Shown here in pieces: positions 39,241 to 51,985 of a DNA stretch of 64,000 nt. The stretch is taken from positions 380,370,001 through 380,434,000 of the forward strand of contig OZ024740.1 in NCBI GenBank assembly GCA_964016885.1, given 5' to 3'. Source of the DNA: Eledone cirrhosa (Eukaryota). The notes below the pieces were generated by a model. The model saw only the letters and a list, made by a program, of their open reading frames with translations, had not been told where the DNA came from and made no database searches. Within the stretch, counting starts at the first letter, position 1, and each line of letters begins with the position of its first letter. A program made the translations under genes and the position numbers.

Positions 39241-39833
39241 CGTCCAGTGTCTGAGCATTGCTGACTTGTGGGTTTATGTAAGACACCTGCCGTTACGTGT
39301 AGGACGGATCCGACTATTCGCTGATTCTGCCGTGAAGATTGTCCCGCCGCCTTCCTTTAGCCAGCAAAGACTGTTTTATCTGTCTTGTGACCATGGTGAA
39401 AGAAGTCGTGTGATGGACGCATTTGAAAGAGTTGATGACAAACACTTTTCTCTTTGTCGAAGCCCTTGTTAACTTTTCGATTTTGACTTGAAGACGAAAA
39501 TCAGAGCGAGAGGGAAGTGCTACTTTCCAGTGAGTTTATTGATGAGTGAATGAGAGAGGCGAGCATGGTCCGAGGGAATGGGCCTGATCTGAATACGCGC
39601 CAGTAAAATATGATCAGTTTGACTGTAGCTTTTGGTGGGCTGTTCCTACGAGTGACCCTCGGAAGTCTCCCTCCTATCGGGGAATTTCTTTTTGTTTGAA
39701 TTTTTTGCATGCTTTTTAGTTTTTGTTATTTTTTATTAATAATTGCTTTACAAGCAAAATCCCACATTATCGTCCTGTGCTGTTCTTAATGTTTTCTTTG
39801 TGTGAGCTCTATATAACTAATAAAGAGACCATT
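39241..39833 (+). mobile_element. 5'-truncated, diverged Tx1 relative
   Basis: ADLWVYVRHLPLRVGRIRLFADSAVKIVPPPSF aligns with ADLWGYVERLLSRVGPIRLTTESIVTINPPPPF of the main Tx1 ORF2. TSD tttattgtttct at 39229-39240 and 39834-39845. Confidence 0.8.
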
Positions 39834-39984
39834 TTTATTGTTTCTATTGTTATAATGAATATTTCTTTAAACTACTTATAATTCAGTACCAGTAAAGTAC
39901 AGTGGTCAATATAGTCAACTTTCCACTCCCCAGTAAATTGCTTTCCATGTGCTTAAATTAGAAAACGTTGTTATTTTCATTATT

Positions 39985-40196
39985 CGGTGGTTAATAGAAT
40001 TGTTAAAGCGTCGGACAAAATGCTTTACGGTATTTAGTTACGGTTCTTTACATTCTGAGTTAAAATCCCGTCTAGGTTAAATTTGCTTTCATCCTTACAG
40101 GGTCGATAAGATAAGTACTAGTTAAGTACTAGGTCGACATAATCAACTTCCCCTTCCTCTGGATAGCTGGCCTTGTATTTAAATTAGCAACCATTA
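39985..40196 (+). mobile_element. Deu/Nin-core SINE, diverged
   Basis: Head, B-box, core and tail recognisable. Confidence 0.75.
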
Positions 40197-40538
40197 GTAT
40201 TTAGATACGATAAGCCCAAATAGATCTAATCCTTATTTCAATATTTATATGCTAGTAACAATATTTCTAAAAAAGTTTTTATAGCTATACATTTCTCCAT
40301 CATCAAAGCAGGAACAAAGATGTTTATAGACTGGTGTCTTTTTTCTTTTAAAATCCGATTGGCTGACTAAGCGACTGGTTGCTGCACAGCTGGTTATCAA
40401 AGCAAAGAGATGCTTTCAATAGCATTTCCAGTCAACCAACAAATGTTATTCGACTCACATGGTGAGCAGGAACGTTTAATTCTTTACAAGCCTATAAAAA
40501 CACGAATACAAACACACACTCACACACACATACACACA

Positions 40539-40576
<38 letters not shown>

Positions 40577-41004
40577 GGATATACATACACACGTTATCTG
40601 TGTCAGCAGGTATATGCCGTAACTGCGCCTATATTCAAAGGACACCTATATGCAGTGGCTTATATTTTCCTTTCTTCAACATACCATTGAGTGTTGGCTG
40701 TGATTGGTTGGATGCTAAACATTTTCAAAGCAAGTAGAATTACTCAAGATGTCACGGCGACGCCTTGAGAATAGCATTCGTAACAAAATTAATCTTACAG
40801 GTGAGAACGATAAAAAAACAATACACGTATGTATCTTGTATTTCTTTCTTAGATATTTTTCTCATTCATTGTCTCAGCATTTTATTGTTATTCTTATGTT
40901 GATAATGTTTTTTGTTATAGGTTTTTGATAATAGCTTGTTCTGACAAGTTCATTTGTAAAACAAAACAAAAGAAAAATACAGTTATCCTTGATATTGATT
41001 TCTA

Positions 41005-41225
41005 TGGCGGTGGGTTGGTAGAATTGATAGAGCGTCGAACGAAATGCTTTGCGGTATTTGTTCCGACTCTTTACAGTCTGAGTTCAAATACCACCCAAGT
41101 CAACTTTTCCATTCATCCTTCCGGGGTCGATAAAATATAATACAAGTCAATTACCAAGTCGATTTAATCGAGTTCCCCCTCCCCTCAAATTGCAGGCCTT
41201 GTGTCTATATTAAAAAAACAATTAA
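41005..41225 (+). mobile_element. Deu/Nin-core SINE, diverged
   Basis: Head, B-box, core and tail recognisable. Confidence 0.75.
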
Positions 41226-41606
41226 TATTGATCTCTGACAAATTTGGCAGAGAGTTAGTCACATTTGATTAAATCTACACCAATACTTGATTGATTCTTT
41301 ATTTTATCTATAACGGTGAAAAGCAAATTTGATCTAGAGTAGGTTTCATTAATATTGATTTGCTAATTGGCCCCAAGATTACAGATTGTTCATTGAAGGT
41401 GAAGTGATGGTTTGACATCTTAGTCCCATGACAAAAACGCTGGATATGTAATTGTAGTAAAATATTCTTAGGCAGCAAGTGAGACCATGTTACAGATTCG
41501 ATTTACTGGAATTCACTTCATTTGCACCAAGTTTCTATATATATGAGAACAGAGAAAATAGCTTGTTTCTTTTTTTTTTTGTTTTGTTTTTTTGTTTTTT
41601 TGTTAC

Positions 41607-41862
41607 ATATCTATCTAGGGCGGGTAAAATTCCCGAGATCCATGGACGAGTTCTGTCCAGCTAACCTCAGTCTCCTCTGTGTCACATTTGAGCTGACCTT
41701 TGGGAGGCTCCCATACAGCTCTGAGTTTTTCATCCTCAGTGTATACTGATTAATGTTCAGAGCCATCCTCAGCATTCTCGTGTAGCACCCATCCACCATC
41801 TGAGTGAGTTTCTTGGTCAGTGTCCAAGTCTCAGACCCGTACAGCAGCACAGACTCCACGAC
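41607..41862 (-). mobile_element. RTE/RTEX-type LINE fragment
   Basis: ESVLLYGSETWTLT..YTRMLRMALNI..NSELYG..RRLRLAG, joined to a short 3' end with a TAGA tail. Confidence 0.8.
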
Positions 41863-43612
41863 ATAGATGTGTTTTAAAGGGTCGATTGTCGATAAGTGGA
41901 CAGTTAAATCCTAGTTTGTATTGTTGTCCAGTACCAGGTGAGCTCTGAAATAACAAACCATTAAAAATGTTCTAGTGATGAACGTCTAATCTTATATTCA
42001 GTCATCTTATATCTCACATTACATTATACAGTGTAGTCTCAGATATCAACTTAAGTTAAAGGAAATTAGCCTCTTTTTAGTAGATCACACGGCCACGTAG
42101 ATGCTCTCTTGTTTAGTAAATTGCATTGGCTTTAAACGAGGATCTCAATTAAGCGCGAGCTGCATAGTGCAAGCTATAGAGTTTTCATTAATATTACATG
42201 TTTCATTTGCTACATAGATCCTTCAATACCTATTCAACGTTTAAGCATTCAACATCTTATTTCTTTCATGATGAAAACCATATAAAAACCCTTTATTGTA
42301 TTAGCATGTGTGTCCAGTATCGATTTTACACGACATAGTACGAACGCACTGCATGCAGAATCCGTTTAGTTCAATGTATATTCTAGCTTATAGCTTTCTT
42401 TCGTTATGTTTAATTTAGACTGTATCTAATAATGTAAACCTGTTTATTTTACATCACATGAACTTCTAGAATATAGATTAAGATTTTAACATTGTTTGTA
42501 GTCGTTGGGTATTTGTGTTCAAATAGAGTTCCATCGTGCGAATCACTGGTTCACTCAAGATACTGTACAGTTGTACTAAATCTGAGATATAGTGTAAAAT
42601 AAATTATTTATGACTGATTCTATTACTTTATTTATTTTATCGTCTAGTTTCCCTAACTCTAGTTTCTTACGCTCCAAATACTAATGCTTTATGTATCTTA
42701 TTATAATCTGTAAAAGTTTCGTGGCAAATAGAATTAAATCATTTATATCATTCACTTGGTAAAAGAAATTGAAAGCTATTGACATACATATTCAACTATG
42801 TCTAGATGAAATAGTTTCATTTAACTGGTTTCTGTTGTTGAGGCAAAAGTGACCTGTCCTGGTACAGTTATCAGTTGTCTCCAGTTTTATTTCACTTCAG
42901 TTGATAATTCCTTTCTAAAAAAAGCATGACTTCTCAACATAATTATTCTGTTAGGGATGAATTCTATAAGAATAAACAGAAAGTCCCCAGTAAGTAGTCT
43001 CTGCAATCCCATTTCTTGTCATGTTTGAAACGATTTCACTTCATTAATGCCGGTTGTGACCTTTTTATATTATATGAACATTTCTGCACTTCCCATACAA
43101 AGCAAATATGAGGCTATGTGCTTACGAAAACAATCAATATTTATTACCTGCTATAATACAAATGGTGTATTTTTATTCTCTTTCGGAAACTGAAAACAGT
43201 GCTAAGTTCCATAAAATACAATTTCGTATCATTAATTCATAGATCATTCTACAAACTCATTGAGAGAACATGGCCCCTTTTCAGATATAAAGGAAGTGTA
43301 ACAGTAGTTTCCTCTTCATTTACAGATTTTGATATGTTAGTATTTCCTATATACTCTTGTAAAATATGATAAATCCCAATGAAACAATGATGGAGGTTGA
43401 ACCTGGCATTCAATAAAAAGAATCTTCAAGCAATGTAAGTGTGCTCCACAAAAAGAAATCCATAACCTAACTAACAAAAAGAGCAACAGCATAATTACGA
43501 TCGATAGAAGTTTTACATATTTAATGATTGCTTGAGTTTTATATGACCATTTTCTATACACCTTCTGTTTCCCTTATACAGCTAAACATTAATACGCACA
43601 CAAACACACACA

Positions 43613-43689
<77 letters not shown>

Positions 43690-43790
43690 TATATATGCCT
43701 ATTCAACATCTTATTTCTTTCATGATGAAAACCATATAAAATCCCTTTATTGTAGTAGTGTGTATATATATATAGTAATAATAATAAATT

Positions 43791-43841
43791 AGTTTCAGAA
43801 GATCCCGTTAAGGGTGAAAGCAGCGATTCTTTGCTTAAACT
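43791..43841 (+). ncRNA. Hammerhead-like motif, family G (U4A core, CAGAAGA)
   Basis: aguuu-CAGAAGA-uccc-guuaa-gggu-GAAA-gca-gcgauucuu-ugc-UU-aaacu. Confidence 0.65.
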
Positions 43842-43866
43842 TTAATCTGTTATTTTAATAAATATA

Positions 43867-43961
<95 letters not shown>

Positions 43962-43964
43962 GTA

Positions 43965-44007
<43 letters not shown>

Positions 44008-44622
44008 ATACCTATATATAGAGAGAAATGTATATATATATATATATATATGTATGTATATATATATATATATGTATGTATATATATATATATATATGTA
44101 TGTATATATATATATATATATATATACATACATATATATATGAATACCCCCTCCGCCTCCGTGGTATTTTCTTCGGGGTTATAAGAGGCTTAGCTCTGTT
44201 TCTCGACCGTTATATCGCGTGACTATCTCCCCCTCCGCCTTTTGGGATTCTTTCTCACGTCGTGTAGACGCGTTCTTGAGACTAGTAAAATGAGGTATCC
44301 TCTTGATAAGTTGGCAGACCTCGCAAGGACTCTATATCTTTGATATATTGTTTTTGTTTATGCCACGAAACTACGTAGTCGAGGAATCTAGGAGCAGTTT
44401 AGGTATGATACATTTTATTACTAATTATATCTAAATGTTTCTTCTCTCTTCATAATGTATTTTTAACTCTGATACTGGTTCAGTCTGGTTCAACCGGATT
44501 GGTCTGTCCCAGTCATTCATTGAGCAACATCGGTGAGGTTGGCACCCTTAACTCACGGTTGGGTGTGGATGCATTCATGTATATGTGTGTGTCCGCATGT
44601 ATCTGTGTGTTTCTAAATACAT

Positions 44623-44633
44623 TATATATATAT

Positions 44634-44709
<76 letters not shown>

Positions 44710-44775
44710 GTATATATATATATATATATAATGTATATATATATATATATAATGTATATATATATATATATAATG

Positions 44776-44848
<73 letters not shown>

Positions 44849-44849
44849 G

Positions 44850-44886
<37 letters not shown>

Positions 44887-44901
44887 GTATATATATATAT
44901 G

Positions 44902-44935
<34 letters not shown>

Positions 44936-45103
44936 TATATGTATATATATATATATATATATTTATATGTATATATATATATATATATGTTTATATGTAT
45001 ATATATATATATATTTATAGTATGTATATATATATATATGTTTATATGTATATATATATATATATTTATAGTATGTATATATATATATATATATATTTAT
45101 ATG

Positions 45104-45166
<63 letters not shown>

Positions 45167-45183
45167 ATATATATGTATGTATA

Positions 45184-45236
<53 letters not shown>

Positions 45237-45295
45237 ATGTATATATATATATATATATGTGTGGGTGTATGTATATATATATATGTGTGTGTGTA

Positions 45296-45334
<39 letters not shown>
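44623..45334. repeat. ~700-bp degenerate (TA)n/(TATG)n microsatellite
   Basis: Read directly. Similar tracts lie at 43862-44141, 47210-47590 and 51003-51316. Confidence 0.95.
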
Positions 45335-45338
<4 letters not shown>

Positions 45339-45390
45339 AGGTAACTCAGGAAACTGGGATAACACCGACATAAAACCTCAGTATTTACCG

Positions 45391-46215
45391 ATGAGGCTTT
45401 CCCGTCTTTCCACCAATGAGCGCATTTTCAACGACCATTCCACTTATTACAATGAAGCTCTTGCTCGAAGTGGATTTGTCGATAAGGTAGCATATACAGA
45501 GTACGAAAATAGACCTAGAAGAAATAGATCCCGTCGCATTTGTTGGTTTAACCCACCATATAATATGGAGGTGGCCACACCATTAGCTAAGATCTTCCTT
45601 TCCCTTATTACGAAGCATTTTTCCCCTACACATAAATATAGTAAAATTTTTAATAGAAATACTATTAAAATTTCTTACTCTACGACTCCTAACCTTGCAC
45701 ATAACATCACAGCTTCAAATTTAGCTAAACTACCTAGCCGTAGGAACACGTCCAACCCTGTAGTTAGTACTAACTGTAATTGTAGGAATCGGGCTGATTG
45801 CCCCCTATCCGGGAAATGCCTCTCTAGTAACATTGTCTACAAATGTAAGGTTGTAACACCCACGTCCCGTAGGGCCTACATAGGGTTAACCGCCAATAGT
45901 TTCAAGCAGCGTCTTTACATGCATACCCATTCTTTTCGTTACCCTCTAAGAAGGAATATGACGTCACTTTCAGCTTATATCTGGAGTCTAAAAGACAACC
46001 ACACCCAATATAAGTTACACTGGGAGATCCTAGCTAGGGCTAGATCGTATAACGGAAATAAAAGACCATGTGACCTCTGCGCCGCTGAGGCCCTGGAAAT
46101 AATCTACGCCACAGACCACATCTTAAACAAAGAATCTGAGGCAATTTCGGCTTGTAAACATAAATTGCACAAAACTTTCCTGTATTACAGCCCAACGTTA
46201 TACCCTAACGGATAG
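45391..46215 (+). pseudogene. PLE ORF C-terminus: RT thumb/linker plus GIY-YIG endonuclease, 274 aa open
   Basis: RLSRLS..WFNPPY..KIFNRNTIKISYS..CNC..CPL..NIVYKC..YIGLT..FKQR..CDLC..E..LN. Open but lacks the RT core. Confidence 0.88.
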
Positions 46216-47140
46216 TACGATCTATACGTGGATATTTTACGTCTTGATGTGGGAGCTAAGTATATGTTTTGTTTATTCCTTTACTTATTTGCATAGGTAA
46301 GTATATATTACCCGTATGTTTTGTGAAGGTATGTATTCCTTCTCGTTCGTATATTTGATTGTTAGGGGGTATAATTTTTATATATTCTGGTATTTAGGGT
46401 TTGGCTATGTGTATACGGGAGTTTTGCGTCTGCGTGAGTATGCAGGTTCGTACGTATGGTGGGTGTGTGTATATGTGTACTTCTTGTTTTAGTTGACGTA
46501 CGTCTCCGAACATTCGTGTATTTATATGTAGGTATGCGTGTGCGCTTGTTATATACGTATTTATTTACTTATATATACGTTTATATAATTATTTATTTAT
46601 TTGTACACAAGCATACACACACATATTTATATGTGCGTGGTTTTGTATACCTATGGTAAGGTTTTGCGTATGCTTGTGTATGTACGTATTTGTTTGCGTG
46701 TACGTATTTATTTATTTCTATTACTTCTGTATTGTATTTATTTACTTTGTTCTTAACTCTGTAGCGGAGATTCATTTGGTCTCCTAGTTAGAATTTTAGT
46801 CTACGACTTCTGCTATACCATTTACATGGTTTTGTTTTTGCGTGCTATTGTTCTCCACGCTCCACATATGACTTATTATCTTCGTTTTTTCGTTCATTGC
46901 CAGAGAACGTCTCTATGCACCACCTAAGAGAACATTAGTCTACGACCTCTTTCATACCATAAACGTGGTTCTGTCTTTGCGCGTAATTGTTTTTCACCGC
47001 TCCTATTAATGACGTATTACTCGTTTTTTCCCGTTCTTGCCAGCGAACGTTTCCACAAACCAAAGTATCGTCTTCCTGTCTTCCTCCGGTTGCAACGTTT
47101 TTTGAAATATCCAGTTCTGCGTTTACAGATTGACTTTGTT

Positions 47141-47191
47141 AGTTTCAGAAGATCCCGTTAAGGGTGAAAGCAGCGATTCTTTGCTTAAACT
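47141..47191 (+). ncRNA. Hammerhead-like motif, family G (U4A core), at the PLE 3' end
   Basis: Same sequence as 43791-43841. Confidence 0.65.
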
Positions 47192-47243
47192 TTAATCTGT
47201 TATTTAATAAATATATATATATATATATATATATAGATATATA

Positions 47244-47290
<47 letters not shown>

Positions 47291-47418
47291 CTATATATAT
47301 GTGTATGTATATATATATATATGTGTATGTATATATATATGTATGTATATGCATATTATATGTATGTATATATATGTATGTATATGCATGTATATGTATG
47401 TATATATATATATGTATG

Positions 47419-47465
<47 letters not shown>

Positions 47466-47520
47466 GTGTATGTATATATATGTGTATGTATATATATATG
47501 TATGTATATATATATGTATG

Positions 47521-47567
<47 letters not shown>

Positions 47568-47590
47568 ATATATATGTATATATATATTAT

Positions 47591-48188
47591 GTCAGGTCAC
47601 CAGTTGGTGCTACTGGTAACATGTATCCCAGTACAACCTGTCTCATGGTCGGGTCGTTGGCGACTAAACTGGCAACCCCACCAAGGTTTCTTGGTGAGGA
47701 GGGTTACTTTGGACATCCTGCAGGACTAAAAACAAAACCTGTCAAAGGGCAAAGGAGCTCTTAAGAGTCAATGGCCATCCAAAATCACCGGGAGAGATGA
47801 CCCCTTAGCCTTTGTCAAGGCAGAATTCTAGGAGAAGGAAAACTCTGATATAACACCTGCAACCCTGATGGTATCCAATGATGTTGACTTGTTCTTCTTT
47901 TTGGTAAATATCGTCTTGGTTAAGAGAGTGGGACTGCCTTTGCTCACTATAAAAGCTTCACGGCACAGGCATTGCTTTATATCTGGAGATCTCTCTGCAC
48001 TTGTCGTCACATGGTACCATGGGCCCAGCACTATGTGTCAATAATTGTCGCAGGGGTAGTGTTTGTACCAGAGTTTTCAAGTCGCTGGCTGGACTAAAAA
48101 GTCACACTTGTTCAGCGCATCAGTAGGGGTTCTCCTACATGGATATAAAGTAGTGGCCGTACTCGAAAACGAGTTGGCAGCCACCATG
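47591..48188 (+). mobile_element. Full-length non-autonomous RTE-derived element, subfamily 1
   Basis: Structured leader, ctaggagaaggaaaactctga motif, RTE C-terminal remnant, tail ctcgaaaacgagttggcagccaccatgta. Confidence 0.85.
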
Positions 48189-48510
48189 TATATATATATA
48201 CATACATACATACATACATATATATATACGTGTACAAAGAAAGTGTGGTAAGGAACCAGGTGGACCATAACGCACCAGAGTACTCAATACTTAGGGTAGT
48301 AGAGTGGGTAATAGGAAAATGTTAAACCCCTTCGGGGTTGAACATTTTCCTTATGTATATATATATATATATAATAAATGTAATCAGAGTTTTTCGAATA
48401 TTAATAATAACATTCGATTCGTTTGCAATTTTGCAAACAAGGCTCAATTTAAAAGCCATGTCAGAAGAATGAACACTTCATTCTTGCTCTTTTGTTGGCA
48501 TATAAACAGA

Positions 48511-48556
48511 ACTGCAGACACTAATGTTTCTGGGTATCACCCTTCATCAGTACAGC
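48511..48556 (-). ncRNA. Minimal hammerhead, family I
   Basis: gcugua-CUGAUGA-agggugauaccca-GAAA-ca-uuag-ug-UC-ugcagu. Confidence 0.85.
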
Positions 48557-48683
48557 TCACTGTTCACCAGATCTGGCTGATCAGCGAGTCTTCTAATATG
48601 CAAATCAGCCCGATCAGTCACTGTGTATTTTTGAAAATAGCATATATTTTCACTAGCTCTGACAGTTGGCAGGTGAACAGTGA

Positions 48684-48729
48684 GCTGTACTGATGAAGGG
48701 TAATACCCAGAAACAGTAGTGTTTGCAGT
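48684..48729 (+). ncRNA. Minimal hammerhead, family I (inverted partner)
   Basis: gcugua-CUGAUGA-aggguaauaccca-GAAA-ca-guag-ug-UU-ugcagu. Inverted arms are ~48373-48568 and ~48672-48867. Confidence 0.85.
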
Positions 48730-48894
48730 TCTGTTTACATGCCAACACAAGAGCAAGAATGAAGGGTTCATTCTACTGACATGGCTTTTAAATTGAGCCT
48801 TGTTTGCAAAATTGCAAACGAATCGAATGTTGTTATTAATATTCGAAAAGCTCAGATTACATTTATTGTATTCAGCCATGTAGAGCGAAAATTT

Positions 48895-48943
<49 letters not shown>

Positions 48944-48945
<2 letters not shown>

Positions 48946-49520
48946 CCTTTGACACCATCCTCCAGAACATCCCTGTGTTAAAAGGGGACCATAGAATGAA
49001 CCAAATCCTACGAACACACGATATCATAAAGAGCAAAAGACAATCTAAGTCAATGAAAAACATCCTAACACATGCCAAAGTACTGCCAATCACAACAACG
49101 AAACCCACAGCAAAAAAATGCGATAGACCCAACTGTGGCATATGCATCAACCTAATAGAGAGTTCGGAATTCTATTTCAAAGAAGGACAACGTTTTATAG
49201 TAAAACACAATTTCACATGCGCATCAGAAAATCTAATATATGTATTAACTTGCTCTGGTTGTCGAGAACAATGCATAGGCCAGACAAAAAACACCCTCCG
49301 CCAACGCATGACTGTCCATAGATCCCAAATTAAAATACCGGAATGCAGGAAAATACCACTTAGTGAACACATTGATACCTGTCCCGCCCAAAATCATCCC
49401 AACTTCAGAATCTTTCCCCTCTACAAATATAAAGATAATGCCACCACCCACACCCAGCGCATCAGCAAGGAATCTCACTTTATTAACAAATACGGACCCC
49501 GTCTAAACACTTCTCCCTAA
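48944..49520 (+). pseudogene. PLE (Neptune-like) GIY-YIG C-terminal fragment
   Basis: CDRPNCGIC linker, then FTCASENLIYVLTC..C..IGQT..LRQRM..H..E..FI..LN. The 3' UTR probably continues to (TA)n at ~50775. Confidence 0.85.
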
Positions 49521-50181
49521 GACGAACCCACAACATACACACGTCAACATACATACCTACATCAGCATACATCCTACATACATCTCTATCCACATATAAA
49601 CACAATGACATACGTAAACACACATGTTCTATGGTGCAACACAAATATACACAAATTTGCATACCTTTTGATGTTTATAGATATAAACGTGCCGACACAC
49701 ACACATACATATACGCACACATGCATTGCACACTGATGGGCACATACATATGTGTACACAAGTATTCCAATACGGCAGGGTCTAATGGATTCCCCTTGCA
49801 GTACTACAATCTGGACACTCACACACACCTTGGTATTATGCCAATACTATATATCATTTCACAACTTTTATTATTAAGGTTTTTGATGTTCTATTGAGAG
49901 AATCGTTTTTACTGAAAATATCGAATAATGTACACCATTTTTACCAGTATCACAAAAATACTGGTCCACCCACACACACATACACACATATACACACACC
50001 CACATATATATACATACACACGCGTACACTAACATACAAAGAGACATACACACACACACACACTTCTCCGTATAAGACAAGAGCTGAAAAATATCTTTTA
50101 ACATGTTAAAATATCCCCCACACACATACAGACACATTCCTACTGACCGATCCCTCTACCACGAATTACTCTGCTACACAC

Positions 50182-50249
<68 letters not shown>

Positions 50250-50770
50250 CTTAATAGGCACCTGAACTTTTGACCTGTCAACAAGACTGCAATTCACACA
50301 CGCATCCCTATTGACCATTATCACAACAATGAACCTCTTTACTACTACACACACACACACACATATTTGTCTTAAAAGACTTATTTTTCAGTGACTTCTC
50401 AATCAGCCGACACAAACCTACATTTGGCGCAAAATCAATTTTTAACATTCACATGACCTCTACCGACTAATCAAAATTGTTTTGACCACAAGAATTTTTG
50501 CAACACGAATTGGCGCGAAACTTATTTTAATACATCTGGAGCCACTTTTTTCACATAAAACGGGTAGAATTTCCAAAACTAATCAGATTAGAGCAAACAT
50601 CACGGGCGCTCTATCTCAAAATTATTTTTGAGAAACATTAGAAATGCGCAACTGGTAAAAACTTAAAACCAAAACTGAATACTAACCAATACTTATTACT
50701 AATTTTTTCTTATTCCTAATTAAACTATTTTTCACTGGGAACAATTTGTCAGCATTTTCTTTTCCTTTTA

Positions 50771-50803
<33 letters not shown>

Positions 50804-50806
<3 letters not shown>

Positions 50807-50875
50807 AACGAGTAGGACCCCGACGGCTGAGCTGAAGCCATTTCGACGGCTAATTCTGGACTAAATACTGGTCCA

Positions 50876-50945
<70 letters not shown>

Positions 50946-51003
50946 GTCCAGAATTAGCCGTCGAAACGGCTTGAGCTCGGCCGTCGGGGTCCTACTCGTT
51001 CCT
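50804..51003. mobile_element. Family B half-hammerheads in inverted orientation, flanking a (CA)n tract
   Basis: 50804-50862 (-) and 50946-51003 (+). Other family B pieces are at 48231-48315, 51680-51812 and ~36800-36850. Confidence 0.7.
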
Positions 51004-51030
51004 ATATATATATATACAATTTATTATTAT

Positions 51031-51073
<43 letters not shown>

Positions 51074-51176
51074 GAAAAAATGAAACGAAATTTGTATATA
51101 TATGTATATATATATATATATGTGTGTATACATACTTATATATATATACATATATATATACATATATATATATATA

Positions 51177-51319
<143 letters not shown>

Positions 51320-51816
51320 AAAATTAAATTAAACAAATTATTCCCTGTGATTATTTCATATGTTTATTTTAGATATATATATATGTGTCAATCAATTTCT
51401 AGTTGATATAAAATGCTCGGATCTATTCATTGGAATCTTGGAGCATATTCTACAGTGGATATGGTGCATGTCTCTCTGACATGACACCCTTAATTTAATA
51501 TTGGATATATACACGTATATATATAATTGTAGAGCTAACTCAGTTGAAAGGACTCGGCTGCTATTTCTAGTTTTCGATAACCCTATTCCCGCCATTGGGC
51601 TGAAGCTGGTACATGTGTGTATTTTTAAAAAATGCAACACGTGCTGCTAGTCTTTCTATATGTGTGTGTGTGTGTGTGTGTACAAAGAAAGTGTGGTAAG
51701 GAACCAGGTGCACCATAAGGCACCAGAGTACTCGATACTTAGGGTATTAGAGCGGGTAATACGAAAAGAGTCAGGACCCCAACGGCTGAGCTCTGGCTGT
51801 TTCGACAGCTAGATCC

Positions 51817-51985
<169 letters not shown>

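Larger units (their letters stand above)
45381..47210 (+). mobile_element. Penelope-like element (Naiad-like), 5'-truncated
   Basis: ORF 45391-46215, then a ~1-kb 3' UTR containing a diverged ~139-bp tandem duplication (46796 and 46935), a family G HHR, AATAAA and (TA)n. Confidence 0.88.

Noticed and set aside
47591-47760. Canonical HDV-like or twister ribozyme at the RTE-derivative 5' end
   Set aside because: I could not place the HDV P3/L3 (UCC..) or the twister L4 and UAA consensus. Kept only as an unassigned structured leader.
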